The notes below the pieces were generated by a model. That model saw nothing but the letters and a program-made list of their open reading frames with translations. It was not told the origin of the DNA and did not search any database. Shown here in pieces: positions 60,718 through 64,000 of a stretch of DNA of 64,000 bases (position 1 is the first letter of the stretch; the number at the start of each line of letters is the position of its first letter). The stretch lies in NCBI GenBank assembly GCA_963667705.1, contig OY763937.1, forward strand, positions 3,594,948-3,658,947, given 5' to 3'. Origin of the DNA: Alphaproteobacteria bacterium (lineage in GTDB: Bacteria; Pseudomonadota; Alphaproteobacteria; UBA828). Position numbers and translations under genes: made by a program.

Positions 60718-61897
60718 GCACGGCGAGCTCGGTGTAGTCTTCCGAGATCAGCACGCTGATCTTGATCTCCGAAGTCGAGATCACCTGGATGTTGATGCCC
60801 TTCTCGGCGAGCGCCGCGAACATCGCCTGCGCCACCCCGGCGTGGCTGCGCATGCCGACGCCGATCACCGAGACCTTGACCACGCCCCGATCCGCGACCA
60901 GCCCTTCGAAGGCGATGGCGCTTCGCGCCTCCTCCAGGATCGCGATCGAGCGCTCCAGGTCGGCTTCGGTCACCGTGAAGGTGAGGTCGGTCGTGCCATC
61001 GGCGGAGATGTTCTGCACGATCATGTCCACGTTGACGTTGCCGTCCGCCAGCGGCCCGAAGATGCTCGCCGCGACGCCGGGGCGGTCGGCGACGCCGACC
61101 ACGGTGATCTTGGCCTCGTCGCGGCTGTAGGCGATGCCGCTGACCCGCTCCTGTTCCACGATGTCGTCCTCGTCGACCACGAATGTTCCGGGGGCGTCGG
61201 CGAAGCTGGAGGCCACCTGAAGCGGCACCTGGTGCTTCATCGCCATCTCGACGGCGCGAATCTGCAACACCTTGGCGCCGAGGGAGGCGAGCTCCAGCAT
61301 CTCCTCGTAGGTGATCTTAGTCAGCTTGCGTGCCGTCGCAACGATGCGCGGATCGGCGGTGAACACGCCCTCCACGTCGGTGAAGATGTCGCAGCGGTCG
61401 GCGCCCAGCGCCGCCGCCAGCGCCACCGCCGTGGTATCGGTGCCGCCGCGCCCCAGCGTGGTGATCCGCCCGAGCGGTCCCAGTCCCTGGAAGCCCGCGA
61501 CCACCGGCACCTCGCGCCGGGCGATGCGCTTGTGCAGCTCCTCGGTCTCGATCCCCTCGATCCGGGCGCGGCCGTGGCCGCCGTCGGTGCGGATCGGGAT
61601 CTGCCAGCCGAGCCACGAGCGCGCGGTGACGCCGCGGCTCTGCAACGCGAGCGCCAGCAGGCCCGCGCTGATCTGCTCGCCGGCGGCGGCCACGGTGTCG
61701 TACTCCCGCGCATCGTGGAGCGGGGCCGCCGCGCGCACCCAGTTCACGAGCCGGTCGGTGGTGCCCGCCATCGCCGAGACCACCACCGCCACACGGTCGC
61801 CGGCATCGAACGACGCCTTGACGCGGTCGGCGACGGCGTTGATGCGGTCGAGGTCGGCCACCGACGTGCCGCCGTATTTGTGAACGATGAGTGCCAT
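60674..61897 (-). CDS. lysC: aspartate kinase
   Basis: 407 aa from internal ATG (MALIVHKYGGTSV..); kinase motifs VVSAMAGTTD and two C-terminal ACT domains. Confidence 0.93.
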   Translation of the reverse strand: MALIVHKYGGTSVADLDRINAVADRVKASFDAGDRVAVVVSAMAGTTDRLVNWVRAAAPLHDAREYDTVAAAGEQISAGLLALALQSRGVTARSWLGWQIPIRTDGGHGRARIEGIETEELHKRIARREVPVVAGFQGLGPLGRITTLGRGGTDTTAVALAAALGADRCDIFTDVEGVFTADPRIVATARKLTKITYEEMLELASLGAKVLQIRAVEMAMKHQVPLQVASSFADAPGTFVVDEDDIVEQERVSGIAYSRDEAKITVVGVADRPGVAASIFGPLADGNVNVDMIVQNISADGTTDLTFTVTEADLERSIAILEEARSAIAFEGLVADRGVVKVSVIGVGMRSHAGVAQAMFAALAEKGINIQVISTSEIKISVLISEDYTELAVRALHAAYGLDDREP

Positions 61898-62012
61898 AGG
61901 GTGGGGCGCGCCCGTGCCGGAGAGGCGACGCTTGCCGGTCGTGGAGACGCCCCTACATACTGGCTCCGCCCTGGCCGCGCAAGCAGATGGCAGGGCTTGA
62001 AGGGACCAGGCG

Positions 62013-62852
62013 ATGGCGGGAGAGAAACACGGGCAGGAAGGGCCGAAGGCCGCGAAGGCGGCGCCCGCCGGCGCGCCCGAAGGGGGGGCCGGGGCGCCTG
62101 CCGGCCCCAGCATCGACCCGGCCGAGGTCGAGCGCTTCGCCGCGCTCGCCGAGCGCTGGTGGGACCGGCACGGGGCCTTCCGCGCGCTGCACGCGCTCAA
62201 CCCGGTGCGCATCGCCTACGTGCGGGACGCGCTCGTGCGGGAGAGGCACGCTGGCGAAGCCGGACCGGAGCCGCCGGGGCTCAGGCCGCTGGCCGGCCTG
62301 AGGTTGCTCGACGTGGGCTGCGGCGGCGGCCTGATGGCCGAGCCGATGTGCCGGCTGGGGGCCGAGGTGGTTGCGGTCGACGCGGCCGAGGCCAACATCC
62401 GGGCCGCGCGCCTCCACGCCGAGGAGCAGGGCCTCGCCATCGACTACCGCCACGCCACGGCCGAGACGCTGGCCGAGGCGGGCGAGCGCTTCGACGCGGT
62501 GCTCGCGCTCGAGATCGTGGAGCACGTGGCCGACCTCGACTCCTTCGCCGCCGCCTGCGCGGCGCTGGTCCAGCCGGGCGGCACCTTCGTCGTCGCCACG
62601 CTCAACCGCACGCTCGCGGCCTATGTGCTGGGCATCGTCGCGGCCGAGCGCATCCTCGGCTGGCTGCCGCCGGGCAGCCACGACTGGCAGCGCTTCGTGC
62701 GCCCGGCGGAGATGGTGCGGCTGCTGCGCCGCCAGGGGCTTACCGTCGCCGACATGACGGGCATGGTCTACAACCCGCTCGCCGGCGGCTGGACCACCAG
62801 CCTCAATCTTTCGGTGAACTACATCGTGCACGCCCGCAAGTCCCGCGCCTGA
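62013..62852 (+). CDS. ubiG: bifunctional 3-demethylubiquinol 3-O-methyltransferase / 2-polyprenyl-6-hydroxyphenol methylase
   Basis: 279 aa; WWD..G.F..LH..NP.R..YV; SAM motif LLDVGCGGGLMAE; divergent from lysC as in many alphaproteobacteria; Ala/Gly/Pro-rich N-terminal leader. Confidence 0.85.
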   Translation: MAGEKHGQEGPKAAKAAPAGAPEGGAGAPAGPSIDPAEVERFAALAERWWDRHGAFRALHALNPVRIAYVRDALVRERHAGEAGPEPPGLRPLAGLRLLDVGCGGGLMAEPMCRLGAEVVAVDAAEANIRAARLHAEEQGLAIDYRHATAETLAEAGERFDAVLALEIVEHVADLDSFAAACAALVQPGGTFVVATLNRTLAAYVLGIVAAERILGWLPPGSHDWQRFVRPAEMVRLLRRQGLTVADMTGMVYNPLAGGWTTSLNLSVNYIVHARKSRA

Positions 62853-62927
62853 GCGCTAGTGCCGTGTTCCAGAAGTCTCTTTCGGGTGGGGGTGTATCGC
62901 CTGCGGCCGCGCCGCGCCTCCCTTCGT

Positions 62928-62950
62928 CATGCCCGGACTGGTTCCGGGCA
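62928..62950. repeat. palindromic hairpin element between convergent ubiG and DUF1178 gene
   Basis: ATGCCCGGA-CTGGT-TCCGGGCAT perfect 9-bp stem. Confidence 0.65.
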
Positions 62951-63031
62951 TCCACGTTCCTTGTTTCTGCTGCACGAAAACCGCCGCACCTTTGCCGCGC
63001 GCGCCAGGCTTCGCGGGCGCGCGACCTGGAT

Positions 63032-63069
63032 GGCCGGAACACCCCCGGACTTGTTCCGGGGGCCGGCCG
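63032..63069. repeat. extended palindromic hairpin element, related to 62928 element
   Basis: GGCCGG-AACA-CCCCCGGA-CTTGT-TCCGGGGG-CCGGCC; inner 8-bp perfect stem, outer 6-bp stem; loop CTTGT vs CTGGT of the first element. Confidence 0.65.
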
Positions 63070-63156
63070 TGACGGCGTGTTTCAGCCAGATCGGGCGAGG
63101 CACGCACCGATCCGGCTGGATGCGAACTTCAGAAACAGAACACCAGCCGCCGGGTC

Positions 63157-63633
63157 TCAGGCGTCGTGGCGGGGGACCCAGGGGATCTCCCCGATCTCGA
63201 TCCCCTCCTCGGCGAGCTCGCCGACCTCTTCCTTCGTGGCGTCGCCGTAGATGCTGCGGCGCTCGACCTCGCCGTAGTGGATCTTGCGCGCCTCCTCGGG
63301 GAACTTCGGGCCGACGTGGTCGAAGTTCTGCTCGATGTAGCTGCGCATGCGGCGCAGCGTCGCCACGGCGCGCGCGAACTCGGGCGGGGACGGCGGCTGG
63401 CGCGCCGGCGCTTTCGCCGGCGTGGGCACGGGCACGGGCGCGGGCTCCGGATCGCCCTTGCGCTTGCCGCTGACCGCGATGTTGGGGGCCATCGGCGCCT
63501 TGACCACCTCGACGTCGCCGCAGAGCGGGCAGGCGATCTCGCCCGCCTCCGCCTGCCGCTCGTAGGTTTCCGAGTCGGCGAAGTAGGCCTCGAACACGTG
63601 GTCCTTGCCGCACTTGAGGTCGAACACGATCAT
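63157..63633 (-). CDS. DUF1178 family protein
   Basis: about 158 aa from internal ATG (MIVFDLKCGKDHVFEAYF..); zinc-ribbon-like CxxxH..CPxCG pattern characteristic of DUF1178. Confidence 0.6.
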   Translation of the reverse strand: MIVFDLKCGKDHVFEAYFADSETYERQAEAGEIACPLCGDVEVVKAPMAPNIAVSGKRKGDPEPAPVPVPTPAKAPARQPPSPPEFARAVATLRRMRSYIEQNFDHVGPKFPEEARKIHYGEVERRSIYGDATKEEVGELAEEGIEIGEIPWVPRHDA

Positions 63634-63727
63634 GGGCCGCGCCAAGCTCGCTGCCAGAGTTGCGGGAGCGTAGCATAAATCCCGGAATCCACACGCCGAT
63701 TCGTCATCCCGCGCAGGCAGTACGGCC

Positions 63728-64000
63728 ATGCACCGCCACCGCTCCCGCGACCCCTCCCCCTGGATTACCCGTCACGCGGGTCTCATCGCGCCGGGCGGCC
63801 ATGTCGTGGACCTCGCCTGCGGCAGCGGCCGGCATACCCGCTACCTGCGCGAGCGGGGCCTCAGGGTCTCGGCCATCGACATCGACACGAGCGGCCTCGC
63901 GGACCTCGCCGACGATCCCCTGGTGGAGGTCGTGACATGCGACCTGGAGCGCCCCGGCACGGAGCCGCTCGCCGGACGCCGCTTCGATGCGGTGGTGGTG
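63728..64000 (+). CDS. class I SAM-dependent methyltransferase (5' fragment, truncated by window end)
   Basis: ATG at 63728 then MHRHRSRDPSPWITRHAGLIAPGGHVVDLACGSGRHTRYLRERGLRVSAIDID.. with SAM motif I (VDLACGSGR) and acidic motif II (AIDID); no stop within window. Confidence 0.5.
   Translation, partial: MHRHRSRDPSPWITRHAGLIAPGGHVVDLACGSGRHTRYLRERGLRVSAIDIDTSGLADLADDPLVEVVTCDLERPGTEPLAGRRFDAVVV

Noticed and set aside
60707-63250. 847-aa plus ORF
   Set aside because: Antisense to lysC and out of frame with ubiG.
63660-63935. 91-aa plus ORF from the track
   Set aside because: Wrong frame. The adjacent frame from ATG 63728 gives a clean SAM-methyltransferase N-terminus instead.

Overview
This is a high-GC (about 65-70%) chromosomal core segment from an alphaproteobacterium, most likely a Rhodospirillales-type genome. 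Coding density is high, in alternating strand blocks. Genes I recognise, in order:
- a complete cytochrome c maturation operon, ccmD-E-F-G-H-I, on the minus strand
- holA-lptE-leuS
- tRNA-Cys
- lptF-lptG-lptD-surA-rsmA
- gmk-yicC-mltG-fabF-acpP-fabG-fabD
- rpsF-rpsR-rplI-cfa-dnaB
- mlaE-mlaF-radA-cvpA-purF followed by an oxidoreductase/RraA/mtnA cluster
- rbsK-like-purH-capD(wbpM)-wbpL
- a DUF465 gene plus a giant multi-LysM M23 peptidase
- clpB with a sigma32-type promoter, and a DUF4167 gene
- prmC-prfA-hisS-rodZ, an NMO-family gene, lysC, ubiG, a DUF1178 gene, and a truncated methyltransferase at the window end.

I found no mobile elements, integrases, CRISPR arrays or prophage genes. Many long antisense ORFs in the six-frame track are GC-driven artefacts. 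The non-obvious signals worth follow-up are:
- a non-canonical gene cluster pairing an MtnA-type isomerase with an RraA-family protein, two reductases and a convergent PfkB kinase
- a TCCCG direct-repeat array with 10-bp helical phasing in a 440-bp intergenic region between two convergent genes
- a recurring CTCCCCGCA(A/G)TT motif upstream of dnaB and of the M23 peptidase gene
- families of perfect GC-rich palindromes (REP-like) between convergent genes
- a 29-bp tandem repeat in the fabD/rpsF divergent region
- low-complexity RG-rich and acidic extensions on three adjacent ribosomal proteins.

All calls come from reading the sequence and translations directly. I ran no database searches.
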